A DNA stretch of 64,000 bases from an uncultured delta proteobacterium (GTDB lineage: Bacteria; Myxococcota; Myxococcia; Myxococcales; Myxococcaceae): NCBI GenBank assembly GCA_963776345.1, contig CAVZMH010000015.1, positions 192,001 to 256,000 on the forward strand. The letters run 5' to 3'. Shown here piece by piece: positions 19,157 through 29,920 of the stretch. Every line of letters starts with the position of its first letter. Positions within the stretch are counted from its first letter, which is position 1. The notes under the pieces are model-generated. The model was not told the origin of the DNA. It worked only from the letters and a program-made list of their open reading frames with translations, and did not search any database. A program made the position numbers and the translations under genes.

Positions 19157-19774
19157 GTGAGCCCCTGCAGTCTGGCGGTGCTCGCGCTGCTGCTCGCGGC
19201 GGGGCCCGGAACGCCCGCCTCGGAGCCGCACCTCGTCGCCGGGGCGGAGGCATTCCGCGCCGAGTCCTACACGAAGGCGCTGGTCGAGTTCCGGGTGGCC
19301 GAGGCGCTCGGCTCCGCCGAGGCCTCCTGGTACGCCGCCGCATCGCTCCTGAAGCTCGGGCGCGCCGAGGACGCGGTCGAGGCCTTCGTCCTGGCCGAGC
19401 GGAGCAACCGCGCCGCGGGCGACGCGCTGCTGGAGGTCTACCGCGGGCAGGCCTGCTACGCGGCGCGCCTCTACCTCTGCGCGGACCGCTGGTTCGAGTC
19501 CGCCGGCGCCCGCGCGGGTCCGCGGCTCACGCCCCAGCTCCAGGCCCTGCGGGCCGCCATTCGCGATGCGCTCCAGCCGGGGCAGCTGGACCCGGCGATC
19601 GACCGGCTCCTGTCCCGGGCCACGGAGCTGGAGCGGACGCGCCCTGCGCTCGCGTCCGCCTACGCGAGCGAGGCGGTGGGGCTCGCGGCCCGGTCCCCCA
19701 CCCGGCACCGACAGGCGGAGGCGACGGCGCTCTCCGGCCGGCTCGCCGCACCGCCGCCGAGGGGGAGCCGATGA
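19157..19774 (+). CDS. Exported TPR-like helical protein
   Basis: N-terminal hydrophobic signal, TPR-like pattern (WYAAASLLKLGRAEDAVEAF), stop overlaps the next start. Confidence 0.7.
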   Translation: MSPCSLAVLALLLAAGPGTPASEPHLVAGAEAFRAESYTKALVEFRVAEALGSAEASWYAAASLLKLGRAEDAVEAFVLAERSNRAAGDALLEVYRGQACYAARLYLCADRWFESAGARAGPRLTPQLQALRAAIRDALQPGQLDPAIDRLLSRATELERTRPALASAYASEAVGLAARSPTRHRQAEATALSGRLAAPPPRGSR

Positions 19775-21171
19775 CCGCGGTGCTCCTGCTCCTGCTCGCC
19801 GCGACCGACCCGTGCACGGCGCCCATCCCCTCCGGCGCCGTCGACCCGGCCGAGGCGGAGGTCTACGTGCGCGTCGGCGATGCCGAGCGGGCGCGCGGGA
19901 ACCTGGGCACGGCCCGCGAGGCCTACCGTGCCGCGCTGGCCCGCGCTCCTGGGTCCGTCGCCGCGCGGCGCGGGCTCGAGGCGGTCTGCGCCCCGGCGAC
20001 GGACCCGCTCCGGGCCGGAGCGGACGCCCTCGAGGGCGGCGACCCCGAGCGGGCGCTCCGGGAGCTGGCCGCCGCACGGGGGCGCGGGAACGACCGCGCG
20101 GTCGACCTGCTCGAGGGCATCGCCCGCTACCAGCTCGGACAGGACGCCACCGCCATCCCGCTCCTCGAGTCCGCCCGGTCCGACCCGACGCTCGCCGAGT
20201 CGGCCTCGTTCTTCCTCGGCCTCATCGCCCTGCGCCGCGGCGACGGCGACCGGGCCAGCCGGCTCTTCGATCAGGCTGGGCGCGCGATGGGGCTCGAGGA
20301 CGCCGCGCGCCAGCTCGCCCGCATGGCGCAGCAGGAGGGGCACCTCGTCCTCTCGGCGCTCGCCGAGCTGGTCTACGACACCAACGTCGCGCTCCGGCCC
20401 GATGGCGCGCCCACCACCCTCCCCGGGCCGGACGGAAGCGTCGGGCTGACCTTGATGGGGCTGCTCCGCCCATGGGGCACGCCCGGGCCGTACCTCCGGG
20501 TCGAGGGCCAGTTCTCCAAGCAGTTCACGCTCGACCAGTTGGACCTCCTCGGCGGGGCGGCGGCGCTGGGGCTCCGGCTGCTGGGGCCCACGGGCAGCCT
20601 CATCGGCGAGTATGCCTACACCTACCAGGCGCTCGACGGCCGCGGGTACCTCGCCGACCACCGCGTGTTCCTGGGTGGATCGCTCCTGACCGGCATCTTT
20701 CTCTGGGGCGCCGCGTACGCCGCGCACTTCGAGACCTACCGGTGGGAGGCGCTGAGCGATCAGTCCGGGGTGCGGCAGGTGCTGGAGCTCGACGCCGGGC
20801 TGCTTCCGGGCGCGGGGGTGCGGCTCACCACCGGCTACGCCGGGACGTGGGACGCGGCCCGCGTCGATCCACTCTCGTACCTGGAGCACGGACCCATCCT
20901 GGAGCTGGCCTGGGCACGGGGCCCCTGGACGCTCGGGGCCCGCGGGGCAGTGGCCTGGCGGACGTACCGGGCGCCGGACCCGAACTACGGCGGGGCGACC
21001 CGCGCGGACACGCGCTACGGCGCGACGACCTGGATCGACCTGGGCCTGGGCGCCCAGTGGTCGGTGCGTGGAACGGTGCGGCTGCTCCGGGTGGACTCGA
21101 ACGTCCCGGACCTGAACGCGACCGAGTGGGTCTTCATCGGAAGCGTGGCCTGGACGGGGGCGGTGCTCTGA
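19771..21171 (+). CDS. TPR + outer-membrane beta-barrel protein, Slam/DUF560-like
   Basis: Signal peptide, about 170 aa of TPRs, then an amphipathic barrel starting ELVYDTNV with C-terminal RADTRY and DSNVPD motifs. Confidence 0.65.
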   Translation: MTAVLLLLLAATDPCTAPIPSGAVDPAEAEVYVRVGDAERARGNLGTAREAYRAALARAPGSVAARRGLEAVCAPATDPLRAGADALEGGDPERALRELAAARGRGNDRAVDLLEGIARYQLGQDATAIPLLESARSDPTLAESASFFLGLIALRRGDGDRASRLFDQAGRAMGLEDAARQLARMAQQEGHLVLSALAELVYDTNVALRPDGAPTTLPGPDGSVGLTLMGLLRPWGTPGPYLRVEGQFSKQFTLDQLDLLGGAAALGLRLLGPTGSLIGEYAYTYQALDGRGYLADHRVFLGGSLLTGIFLWGAAYAAHFETYRWEALSDQSGVRQVLELDAGLLPGAGVRLTTGYAGTWDAARVDPLSYLEHGPILELAWARGPWTLGARGAVAWRTYRAPDPNYGGATRADTRYGATTWIDLGLGAQWSVRGTVRLLRVDSNVPDLNATEWVFIGSVAWTGAVL

Positions 21172-22415
21172 TGCGGCGCACGCTCCTGCCACTTCTCCTC
21201 GCGGTGCTGGGCCTGGCCGGGGCGGCGCTGGCCACGCTCAGCCTCCACCGGGCGGCCTCGACGGCGCTCCAGCGCGCCACCGAGGAACGGCTCCGCGGCG
21301 CCGGCGCCACGGCGGCGCGCACGCTCGAGCAGCCCAGCTTCGTGCCCGACGCCGCCTGGCTCCGGGCGGTGGTGGAGGCCAACGGCCTCGAGGGCGCCTT
21401 CCTGCTCGATGGGCGGCTCCGGGTGGTGCTCGATCCGGCGGGCGCGGCGGACCGCCCGGTGGATCTCCTGAGAATCGATGTCGCGCGCGTCCGGCGCGCC
21501 CTGGCCGGCGAGCCGAGCGTGTCACTCGGCTGGGCCATCGGCGAGGCACGGGTGGCCGCGGCGTACCTGCCGGTCCGGAGGAACGGAGCGGTGGACCGGG
21601 TCCTGGTGCTCGAGGGAGGAGAGGCCTACGCCGCACGCCAGACCGACCTGGACCGGGCGCTGCATCTCGGCTGGCTGCTGTCGGCCTGCGCCGCGGCGCT
21701 GACGGCCCTGGTGGCGGCGGGCTGGGCGGCGGCGGAGCGGCGGGAGCGCGAGCTCGCCACCCGCGCGGCCCGGGGCGCGGCGGTGGCCCAGCTCGCGGCG
21801 ACGGTGGCGCACGAGGTGCGGAACCCGCTGGGCGTCATCCGCGGCACGGTGGAGCTGATGGCCGAGCGCGGGCGACTGAACGAGCGCGACACCGAGGCGC
21901 TGGAGGACATCCTCGGCGAGGTGGCCCGGCTCCGGAGCCTGACCGACGACTTCCTCGATCTCTCCAGCGACCGCCCACTCGCCGGCGTCGACCTGGAGGT
22001 CGCGTCCTTCCTCGACGAGGCCGCCCGCGCCGGGCGGGCCGCGACGGGGCTGGCCATCAACGTCGATGCGCCGCCGGGGCTCCACGTCCAGGGAGACAGC
22101 GGGCGGCTCCGGCAGGTGCTCCTCAACCTGGTGGCCAACGCGGCGCGCGCCGGGGCGCACCGGGTGCGGTTCCAGGCCGGGGCGGACGGGGGCCGGATCC
22201 GGCTCGACGTCGCCGACGACGGGCCCGGAATCCCCGAGGAGATCCGCCCCCGGCTCTTCGAGCCCTTCGCCACGACCCGCCAGGACGGCAATGGACTGGG
22301 GCTGGCGGTGAGCCGACGCATCGTGGAGCGCCACGGGGGGAGCCTCTTGCTCCTGCCCGCCGGGCCGGGCGCGACCTTCCGCATCGAGCTGCCGCGCGCA
22401 GAGGAGAACGGCTGA
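21171..22415 (+). CDS. Sensor histidine kinase (two TM segments, periplasmic sensor)
   Basis: VAHEVRNPL H-box, LNLVANA, DDGPGI, FEPF, GLGLAV. Confidence 0.93.
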   Translation: MRRTLLPLLLAVLGLAGAALATLSLHRAASTALQRATEERLRGAGATAARTLEQPSFVPDAAWLRAVVEANGLEGAFLLDGRLRVVLDPAGAADRPVDLLRIDVARVRRALAGEPSVSLGWAIGEARVAAAYLPVRRNGAVDRVLVLEGGEAYAARQTDLDRALHLGWLLSACAAALTALVAAGWAAAERRERELATRAARGAAVAQLAATVAHEVRNPLGVIRGTVELMAERGRLNERDTEALEDILGEVARLRSLTDDFLDLSSDRPLAGVDLEVASFLDEAARAGRAATGLAINVDAPPGLHVQGDSGRLRQVLLNLVANAARAGAHRVRFQAGADGGRIRLDVADDGPGIPEEIRPRLFEPFATTRQDGNGLGLAVSRRIVERHGGSLLLLPAGPGATFRIELPRAEENG

Positions 22416-23755
22416 TGGGTGACATCCTGGTGGTGGACGACGAGCCGAAGCTGGGGAAGCTGGTCGCCGAGATGCTCGAGCTGGACGGGCACCACGTCCA
22501 GCGCGTCGGGAGCGGCAAGGACGCGCTCTCGGCCATGGCCAACTTCGCGATGGACGTGGTGGTGACCGACCTCCGGATGCCGGAGGTGGACGGGCTGGCG
22601 GTGCTCACCGTGGCGGTGAGGCAACCGGACCCGCCCGACGTGGTGCTGATGACCGGGCACGCGAGCACCGAGAGCGCGGTCGAGGCGATGAAGCGCGGCG
22701 CGGCCGACTACCTGTCCAAGCCGTTCTCGATGGACGAGCTCCGCGTCCGGGTGAAGCGGCTCTGCGAGCAGCGCGCCCTGCGCCGCCGATCGTCCGCGCT
22801 GGTCGAGCGGCTGACCCCGTCCCTGGTGGGGGAGAGCCCGGCGATGAGCGCCACGCTCGAGGCGGCGATGCGGGTCGCGCCGACCGCGACCACCGTCCTA
22901 CTCCTCGGCGAGAGCGGGACCGGCAAGAGCCAGATCGCCCGCCGCATCCACTACGCCAGCGCGGTCTCCACCGGCCCCCTGGTCGAGGTGCACTGCGCGG
23001 CGCTGCCCGAGGCGCTGCTCGAGTCCGAGCTCTTCGGGCACGAGAAGGGCGCCTTCACCGGGGCGCAGCTGCGCCGCCTCGGCCACCTCGCGGCCGCCGA
23101 GGGTGGCACACTCTTCCTCGACGAGATCGGGGAGATCACCCCCGCGACGCAGGTGAAGCTGCTCCGGTTCCTGCAGGACCGCGTCTACGTGCCGCTGGGG
23201 AGCACCACCGAGCGCACGGCGAACGTGCGCATCCTCGCGGCCACCAACCGGGACCTCAAGGCGGCGGTCGGCGCGGGCACCTTCCGGGAGGACCTCTACT
23301 ATCGCCTGAACGTGTTCAGCATCGTGGTGCCGCCGCTGCGGGAACGCCCCGAGGACGTGCTCCCGCTGGCTGTGCGGTTCCTCGCCTCGCGCGGCGTCCC
23401 GGAGGAGCGTCTCTCCGCCGGCGCCCGCTCGCGCCTCCAGATGCACGGATGGCCGGGGAACGTGCGCGAGCTGGAGAACGTGCTGGAGCGCGCGCTGATC
23501 CTCGCGGGGGAGACGCCGATCGGGCCCGAGCACCTGACGCTGGGGGTGGCGCCGCGCAGCAGGAACGTCGTCTCGGAGCTCCTGGTCCCGGGCTTCGACC
23601 TGGACGGCTTCGAGCGGGAGCTCCTCCAGGCTGCGATGGAGCGCGCGGGCGGGAACAAGAGCGCTGCGGCCCGGCTCCTCGGCATCACCCGGCGCCGGCT
23701 CTACTCGCGGCTCGACAGCCTGGCTGCGGGTCAGGACGGCGACAGCGAGGGCTGA
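22415..23755 (+). CDS. Sigma54-dependent (NtrC-family) response regulator
   Basis: Receiver [43 protein letters not shown], Fis HTH. Confidence 0.96.
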   Translation: MGDILVVDDEPKLGKLVAEMLELDGHHVQRVGSGKDALSAMANFAMDVVVTDLRMPEVDGLAVLTVAVRQPDPPDVVLMTGHASTESAVEAMKRGAADYLSKPFSMDELRVRVKRLCEQRALRRRSSALVERLTPSLVGESPAMSATLEAAMRVAPTATTVLLLGESGTGKSQIARRIHYASAVSTGPLVEVHCAALPEALLESELFGHEKGAFTGAQLRRLGHLAAAEGGTLFLDEIGEITPATQVKLLRFLQDRVYVPLGSTTERTANVRILAATNRDLKAAVGAGTFREDLYYRLNVFSIVVPPLRERPEDVLPLAVRFLASRGVPEERLSAGARSRLQMHGWPGNVRELENVLERALILAGETPIGPEHLTLGVAPRSRNVVSELLVPGFDLDGFERELLQAAMERAGGNKSAAARLLGITRRRLYSRLDSLAAGQDGDSEG

Positions 23756-23805
23756 TCAGTCGACGAGCGTTGCCCGGAGCGTGGGCGCAGGGTGCGGAAA
23801 CCACC

Positions 23806-24291
23806 TCAGCCAGCCCGGCCGAGCAGCTCGTCTTTCCACCGAGCGAGCAGCCGTTCCGACCTCGGCCCCGAGGGGGTGACGACCAGCTCGCGGCGGTCCT
23901 CGGCGGGCTCCTCCAGGACGACCCGCAAGGCGTCGGATGGCGCGGCGCCGGGCACGCGGTCCACCCACTCGACGAGCGTCGCCCCGGGGCCGTCGCGCAG
24001 CTCGTGGAACCCCGTCCCGTCGAGGTCCGCCGGGCCGGTCAGCCGGTAGAGGTCGGCGTGGGTCAGCAGGATGCGCCCGTGGTGCTGGTGGACGATGGAG
24101 AACGTGGGGCTGGTCACGTCCTCATCGCGGAGGCCCACGCCCCGGGCGATGCCCCGCGCGAGCTCGGTCTTCCCCGCCCCCAGCTCTCCGATCAGGCCCA
24201 CGAAGTCGCCCTCCTGGAGCACGCAGCCCAGGGCCTCGCCGAGGGCGCGGGTCTCGGCCGGCGAGGCCGAGGAGAAGCTCACCGTCCCCAT
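23806..24291 (-). CDS. tsaE: tRNA threonylcarbamoyladenosine biosynthesis ATPase
   Basis: GELGAGKT, VTSPTF, HADLYRL, LVEW. Confidence 0.95.
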   Translation of the reverse strand: MGTVSFSSASPAETRALGEALGCVLQEGDFVGLIGELGAGKTELARGIARGVGLRDEDVTSPTFSIVHQHHGRILLTHADLYRLTGPADLDGTGFHELRDGPGATLVEWVDRVPGAAPSDALRVVLEEPAEDRRELVVTPSGPRSERLLARWKDELLGRAG

Positions 24292-25790
24292 GCGGTCCAC
24301 ACCTCGCCCAGCGCGGCGGTCAGGTCCGAGGCGATGAGGCCCAGGCGGCCCCAGCGCCGGGCCGCTGCATCCCCCGCGAGGCCGTGCGCGAGCACACCCA
24401 CGCTCGCCGCGTCCACCGGCGCGAGCCCCTGGGCGAGGAACGCGCCGATCATCCCGGAGAGCACGTCTCCGGTTCCGCCCGACGCCATGCCCGGGTTCCC
24501 GCTGGGATTGACCCGGAGCTGTCCCCCGGGCTCGGCGACCAGGGTCCGCGCTCCCTTGAGCACCACCACCGCCCGGTGCGCGCGGGCGAAGGCGCTCGCG
24601 GTCCCGGCGCGGTCCACCTGGACCTCGCTCACCGGGCGCCCGGTCAGCCGCGCCATCTCGCCCGGGTGCGGGGTCAGGACGAGCGGCGCGTGGCTCCGCT
24701 GGAGCAGCTCCGGGTGTCCGGCGAGGGCGTTGAGCCCGTCGGCGTCGATCAGCACCGGGACGTGGAGCCGGACGAGCAGCTCGCCGAGCAGGGCGTGCGT
24801 CTCGGACCCCCGCGGGATGCCAGGCCCGATGACCAGCGCGTCCTTCCCCTCGGCGGCGGCGAGGAGGACGTCGAGGTGCGTGGGCCCGAGGACCGCGGAC
24901 GCCGGAAGCGCGACGCCCATCAGCTCGGGCGCGTGGCCCTGGACGTCCGAGAGCGCATCGACCGGTGTGGCCACGGTGCACAGGCCCACCCCGCTCCGGA
25001 GCGCGGCGAGGCCGGCGAGCGCCGCGGCCCCGCTCTTCCCGCGGCTGCCGGCCACGACCAGGAGATGTCCGTAGGTGCCCTTGTTGGTGTCCGACCGGCG
25101 AGGCGGGAGCCACCGTGGCCCGTCGGACGGCTCGAGCAGCCAGGTGGAGGGCGAGAGCTCGGCGAGCCCGATGTCCACCACCTCCACGCATCCGGCGAGC
25201 GTCGCGCCGGGCTCGAGCGCCAGGCCCAGCTTCCGGGCGCCGAAGGTGACGGTCAGGTCCGCCGCCACGCAGGGGTCGAAGGCGCGGCCGGTGTCGCTGG
25301 AGAGGCCCGACGGGAGGTCGACGGCGAGCACGCGCACGCCCTCGGCGCGCCAGCGGAGCATGTGCCGGATGGCGTCGGCGGCCTCGCCCTCGGGCGCGCG
25401 CGCGAGCCCGATGCCGAACAGCGCGTCGATGACCACGTCGACCGCGCGGAGCGGAAGCGCAGCGGCGGAGGAGTGCACCGGCACCCCGGTCTGCTCGAGC
25501 GCGGCGTGGTTCCGGGCGGCGTCGCCCTTCAGCCGTGAGGCGTCGGCCACCCGCCAGACGTCCACCTGCCGGCCCGCGGCGTGGAGCTTCCGTGCGGCGA
25601 CGTACCCGTCCCCGCCGTTGTTGCCCGGCCCGGCGACGACCAGGAATCGCCCCGACGGACCCGCGAGCCGCACCGCCCCCTCGGCGACCGCCGTCCCCGC
25701 GTTCTCCATCAGGATGGACGCTGGCAGTCCGCGGCGCTCGGCCTCGGCCTCGGCGGCGCGCGTCTCGGCGGCGGTCAGGAGGGGCTGCAT
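24279..25790 (-). CDS. nnr: Bifunctional NAD(P)H-hydrate epimerase/dehydratase
   Basis: LMENAG, GPGNNGGDG, DALFGIG, DLPSG, NKGTYG, DADGLN, TPHPGE, GGTGDVLSG. Confidence 0.95.
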   Translation of the reverse strand: MQPLLTAAETRAAEAEAERRGLPASILMENAGTAVAEGAVRLAGPSGRFLVVAGPGNNGGDGYVAARKLHAAGRQVDVWRVADASRLKGDAARNHAALEQTGVPVHSSAAALPLRAVDVVIDALFGIGLARAPEGEAADAIRHMLRWRAEGVRVLAVDLPSGLSSDTGRAFDPCVAADLTVTFGARKLGLALEPGATLAGCVEVVDIGLAELSPSTWLLEPSDGPRWLPPRRSDTNKGTYGHLLVVAGSRGKSGAAALAGLAALRSGVGLCTVATPVDALSDVQGHAPELMGVALPASAVLGPTHLDVLLAAAEGKDALVIGPGIPRGSETHALLGELLVRLHVPVLIDADGLNALAGHPELLQRSHAPLVLTPHPGEMARLTGRPVSEVQVDRAGTASAFARAHRAVVVLKGARTLVAEPGGQLRVNPSGNPGMASGGTGDVLSGMIGAFLAQGLAPVDAASVGVLAHGLAGDAAARRWGRLGLIASDLTAALGEVWTAWGR

Positions 25791-25868
25791 CGGTGGGCGA
25801 GGAAGCGTGCAGCCGAAGCGGCGGAGTCGCAAGTTCACCCCGCCGTTCCGTCGCCCCCGGCGCCCAGC

Positions 25869-28307
25869 TCAGTCCGGCGGGCGCAGGTTCGCCGGGGAGA
25901 CCTCGCTCGAGGACGCCCGTGCGAGCCAGCCCACGAACCGGGCGTCGCCACCGAGCGTGCGCCAGGCGGGATCGGAGCGGATCGCGCTGACCGAGTCGGG
26001 GGTGAGGCCGTGCGCGGATGAATCTTGCAGATGGGCGAGCGCTGCCTCTCGCTGCCCGCGCTCCAGCGCCACCAGCCCCAGCTCGGCGAGGATCCACGCC
26101 CGGTCGGGATTGTCCGAGACGACGGTGCGCTTCTGGGTCGCCAGCGCGTCCTGGAGCAGACGCTCACCCTCGTCGAGCCGGCCGTGGCGGATGCAAAAAC
26201 CAGCGAGCTTGACCATCGTCTCCAGGGTGAAGGGGTGCTCGGCCCCGAGCGCGCGCCGCTCCGTCTCGAGCGTCTGGCGGAGGAGCTGCTCGCCCTCCTG
26301 CACCAGCCCCTCCCGGGTGAGGACCCATCCCAGGTTGGTCTCGTTCCCCAGCGTGTCGGGATGCTCCGGGCCGAGGATCCGCCGCTGGTCCTCGAGCACC
26401 TCGCGGAAGGTCTGCTCGCTGTCGGCGAGCCGGTGCTGCTGCCCACGAAGGATGCCGATGTTGGTCAGCGTGTTCAGCGTGCTCGGGTGGTCCGGCCCGA
26501 ACACATGCCGCTTGCCCTCCAGCGCCCGCTGGAGCAGCACCTCGGCCTCGTCGAGGCGGTTCGCCCGGAGGTACACCTGGGCCAGGTTGTTGTCGGACAT
26601 CAGGGTGAAGCGGGCATCCTCTCCGCTGCGCCGACGGCGGGTCTCCAGTACCTGCCCGAGCATGCGCTCGGCTCCCTCCAGCTTGCCTTCGAAGAAGAGC
26701 AGCAGCCCGAGGTTGTTCATCGCCGAGAGCGTCCGCTCGTCGGTGGGCCCGAACACCCGGCGCTTCCGCTCCAGGGTGTCGCGGGCGAGCGACTCGGCCT
26801 GGGGATAGAGCCCTAGCTGCTCGTAGACGATCAGCAGCTCCTCGGCGGCCCCGAGCGCCTCCGGATGGTCCGGGCCGAGGGCGGTCCGCGCCACCTCCAG
26901 CGAGCGTTCCTGGATGGCACGCGCCCGGCCCAGCAGCCCGAGGTTGGTGAACACGTCCCCGATGGTGGTCATCATCCTGACCTGGAGCTCGGGGTCGGTC
27001 GCCAGCCCCGACTCGACGTCCTTCGACGCCCGGTCGAGGATCTCCCTTGCGGTGATGGTGTTGCCGCGTGCCTCGCTCGGGTCGGCGACGCGGAACATCC
27101 GGGTGAGGAACTCCGAGACGTGCCGTGCGGCGGCCGCCTCCCGGTTCGCCCGGTCGCGCTCCAGGGCCGTCCGGCGCGCCTGGAGCCCCATCGCGACGGC
27201 GAAGGCCAGGAGCAGCACTGCGAGCCCCGACGCCAGCCCCACCCCGAGCCGATGCCGCTGCACGTACCGCTTCGCCCGGTAGGCCCGGCTCGGAGGACGG
27301 GCCAGGACCGGCTCACGCCGCAGGTACCGCCGGAGGTCGGCGGCCAGCTCGGACGGCGTTCCGTACCGGCGCGAGCGCTCCTTCTCCAGCGCCTTGAGGG
27401 TGATGGCGTCGAGGTCCGAGTCCAGCTGCCGGCGCCACGTCTCCGGGTCGGTCCCGCGGTTCCGGGCCGCCTCGACCGCCGCCTCCCCGAGCGTGCCCAG
27501 ACGGACGCTCGGCTTCGGCGGCTCGTCCTCGCGGAGCTTGCGGCGCAGCTCCTCGATGCTCGACGCGCGCAGCTCCTCCGAGGGGAAGGGCAGCGTCCCG
27601 GTGAGCAGCTGGTAGAGAACGACCCCCAGCGCGTACACGTCGGTCCGGGTGTCGACGTCCTCCCCGGTCGCGTCGGCCTGCTCGGGGCTCATGTACTCGG
27701 GGGTGCCGATGACCGACCCCACCGCGGTGAACAGCGTCCTCTCGGTGAGCCGGAGGCCCGTGGCCTTGGCGATCCCGAAGTCGATGATCTTCGGCTGGGC
27801 CTTCCCGCCCACCATCGAGATCAGGATGTTGGAGGGCTTGAGGTCGCGGTGGATGACCGCCTTCTGGTGCGCGTGCTGGACCCCCTCGCACACCTCGGCC
27901 AGCAGCTCGATCCGCGCGGCGGTGGAGAGGTGGTGAGTGTCGCAGTGCTCGGTGATGGGGAGGCCCTGCACGTACTCCATGACCACGTAAGGCCGGCCCT
28001 CCGGAGTCGCCCCCCCGTGGAAGATCCGGGCGATCGCCGGGTGGTCCATCAGCGCCAGCGCCTGGCGCTCCGACTCGAAGCGGGCCACCACCTCCTGGCT
28101 GTCCATGCCCGCCTTGATGACCTTCAGGGCCACCTGGCGCTGGACCGGCGAGAGCTGCTCCGCGAGCCAGACCTCTCCCATCCCGCCCTCGCCGAGGCGG
28201 GACTCGAGCCGGAACCCGTCGAAGGCGCGGCGCGTCCCCTCGCCGATCGGGTCGCCGCCGGGCAGCGTGTCGTGATGCGCGAGCGTCGGATCGCCCAGGC
28301 CAGCCAT
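25869..28307 (-). CDS. Hanks-type Ser/Thr protein kinase with TM segment and C-terminal TPRs
   Basis: LGEGGMGEV, VALK, HRDLKPSN, IIDFG, GTPEYMSPE, DVYALG; repeated G.DHP.TL TPR units. Confidence 0.95.
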   Translation of the reverse strand: MAGLGDPTLAHHDTLPGGDPIGEGTRRAFDGFRLESRLGEGGMGEVWLAEQLSPVQRQVALKVIKAGMDSQEVVARFESERQALALMDHPAIARIFHGGATPEGRPYVVMEYVQGLPITEHCDTHHLSTAARIELLAEVCEGVQHAHQKAVIHRDLKPSNILISMVGGKAQPKIIDFGIAKATGLRLTERTLFTAVGSVIGTPEYMSPEQADATGEDVDTRTDVYALGVVLYQLLTGTLPFPSEELRASSIEELRRKLREDEPPKPSVRLGTLGEAAVEAARNRGTDPETWRRQLDSDLDAITLKALEKERSRRYGTPSELAADLRRYLRREPVLARPPSRAYRAKRYVQRHRLGVGLASGLAVLLLAFAVAMGLQARRTALERDRANREAAAARHVSEFLTRMFRVADPSEARGNTITAREILDRASKDVESGLATDPELQVRMMTTIGDVFTNLGLLGRARAIQERSLEVARTALGPDHPEALGAAEELLIVYEQLGLYPQAESLARDTLERKRRVFGPTDERTLSAMNNLGLLLFFEGKLEGAERMLGQVLETRRRRSGEDARFTLMSDNNLAQVYLRANRLDEAEVLLQRALEGKRHVFGPDHPSTLNTLTNIGILRGQQHRLADSEQTFREVLEDQRRILGPEHPDTLGNETNLGWVLTREGLVQEGEQLLRQTLETERRALGAEHPFTLETMVKLAGFCIRHGRLDEGERLLQDALATQKRTVVSDNPDRAWILAELGLVALERGQREAALAHLQDSSAHGLTPDSVSAIRSDPAWRTLGGDARFVGWLARASSSEVSPANLRPPD

Positions 28308-28419
28308 GTGACGCACGACAGTGGAGGATCCCCGCTCCCGTCAATTCGCCTCGACCCGTTGGTGACGCAACACGGTGCCATCTTGGGCTCCGGGGGCCGA
28401 TCCACTACCGTCGACCCCC

Positions 28420-29817
28420 GTGCCGACCGACCGGGAAGACGACGCCCCGCTCGAGACTCTGAAGACGGCGCCGTCGGCGGCCCGACCGTCCGAGCCGCCG
28501 AAGCTCCCTCCGACCCTGGTGCAGCTACTGTGCGCCGACGACCTCCGTCAGCCCTCCGTCCGCCACTGGCTCGATGGGCTCAAGGAGGTCCGCATCCACC
28601 GCGGGCGCGCTCCGTCCGTGCGGAGGGAGCGGGAGACGCTGACCATCGCGCTCGGCGATCGGTACGCCTCCAACCAGCACCTGCTGCTGAGGCCCACCTC
28701 CGGCGGCTTCGCCGTCTCGGACGAAGGCTCGACCAACGGGGTCTTCGTCGACGGGCGGCCGCTCGACCCCGGTGACGAGCGGGTGGTGGAGAGCGGGCTG
28801 CTCGAGGTGGGCCACAGCTTTTTCCACCTCCGTTCCGAGGTGCACGGAACGCGCGACGCACCCGCCGATGGAGACCCGGAGGAGCCGCTGACCTTCCACC
28901 CCGGCTTCGCGCTGGGGCTGACCGGGGCCGGGCGGCTGGCGCGGAGGTCGCATGATCTCCTGGTCACCGGTGAGACAGGAGCGGGGAAGGAGGTGGTCGC
29001 CCGCTGGCTGCACCGGATCTCCGGCCGCCCCGGTCCGCTGGTCGCGGTCAACTGCGCGGCGGTGCCCGAGCACCTCCTGGAGGACGAGCTCTTCGGGCAC
29101 GTGAAGGGGGCGTTCTCCGGTGCGCAGGCGGACCGGCCGGGGCTCCTGCGCGCGGCGCACCGGGGCACGCTCCTCCTCGACGAGGTGGGGGACATGCCGG
29201 CCCAGCTGCAGGCGAAGCTGCTCCGGGTGATCGAGGATCGCCGGGTCCGGCCGGTGGGGAGCGAGGAGGAGGTCCAGGTCGACGCCCAGGTGATCGCCGC
29301 CACGCACCGCGACCTCCGCGCGCTAGTGGACGAGGGACGCTTCCGGGAGGACCTCCTCGCCCGCCTGGGCCTCTTGCCGGTACACGTCCCGCCGCTCCGT
29401 GAACGTCGCGAGGACCTCGGGCTGCTCGTCCGGCGGATCCTGCGGGAGGTTCCGCGCGGGCTGGAGCGCATCCGGTTCGAGCTCGATGCGCTCCGGATGC
29501 TGCTGCTCCACCCCTGGCCGCTGAACGTCCGCGAGCTGCGGCGCGCGCTGCTCGCCGCGGTGGACCTCGCCGGGGCGGAGGAGGGCGGCTCGGTGCTCAT
29601 CGGGCCCCAGCACCTGCCGGCCGCGCTCGAACGCCGGTCCCCTCCCCGTCCAGCGCCGACCCTCTCGGAGGCGGACCAGGAGCTCCGCGCCCGGCTGGTC
29701 GAGCTGCTCGCCCGGCATCGGAGCAACGTCGCCGCCGTGGCGAGGCAGCTCGGGAAGCCGCGGACCCAGGTCCAGCGCCTGATGGCCCGGCTCGGCGTCC
29801 AGCGCACCGACGACTGA
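28420..29817 (+). CDS. FHA-domain sigma54 enhancer-binding protein (start could be 28375)
   Basis: FHA (RGR...ASNQH...GSTNGVFV), GETGAGKE, GAFSGA, LLDEVGDM, WPLNVREL, HTH. Confidence 0.92.
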   Translation: MPTDREDDAPLETLKTAPSAARPSEPPKLPPTLVQLLCADDLRQPSVRHWLDGLKEVRIHRGRAPSVRRERETLTIALGDRYASNQHLLLRPTSGGFAVSDEGSTNGVFVDGRPLDPGDERVVESGLLEVGHSFFHLRSEVHGTRDAPADGDPEEPLTFHPGFALGLTGAGRLARRSHDLLVTGETGAGKEVVARWLHRISGRPGPLVAVNCAAVPEHLLEDELFGHVKGAFSGAQADRPGLLRAAHRGTLLLDEVGDMPAQLQAKLLRVIEDRRVRPVGSEEEVQVDAQVIAATHRDLRALVDEGRFREDLLARLGLLPVHVPPLRERREDLGLLVRRILREVPRGLERIRFELDALRMLLLHPWPLNVRELRRALLAAVDLAGAEEGGSVLIGPQHLPAALERRSPPRPAPTLSEADQELRARLVELLARHRSNVAAVARQLGKPRTQVQRLMARLGVQRTDD

Positions 29818-29920
29818 CCGGGCCTCCGTCGCCGGGCGCCCGCGGGGCGCCCACCGGGCGCCTGGCCTGGCAGTGACCGGAGGGGCTCGGGATCCCGGGG
29901 GTTCGGCGTTCGCGCTGCCG

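Noticed and set aside
28366..28380. TGGCACCGTGTTGCG upstream of the Ser/Thr kinase as a sigma54 promoter
   Set aside because: Spacing is GG-N9-GC and sigma54 needs N10. Worth revisiting if reads show a missing base.
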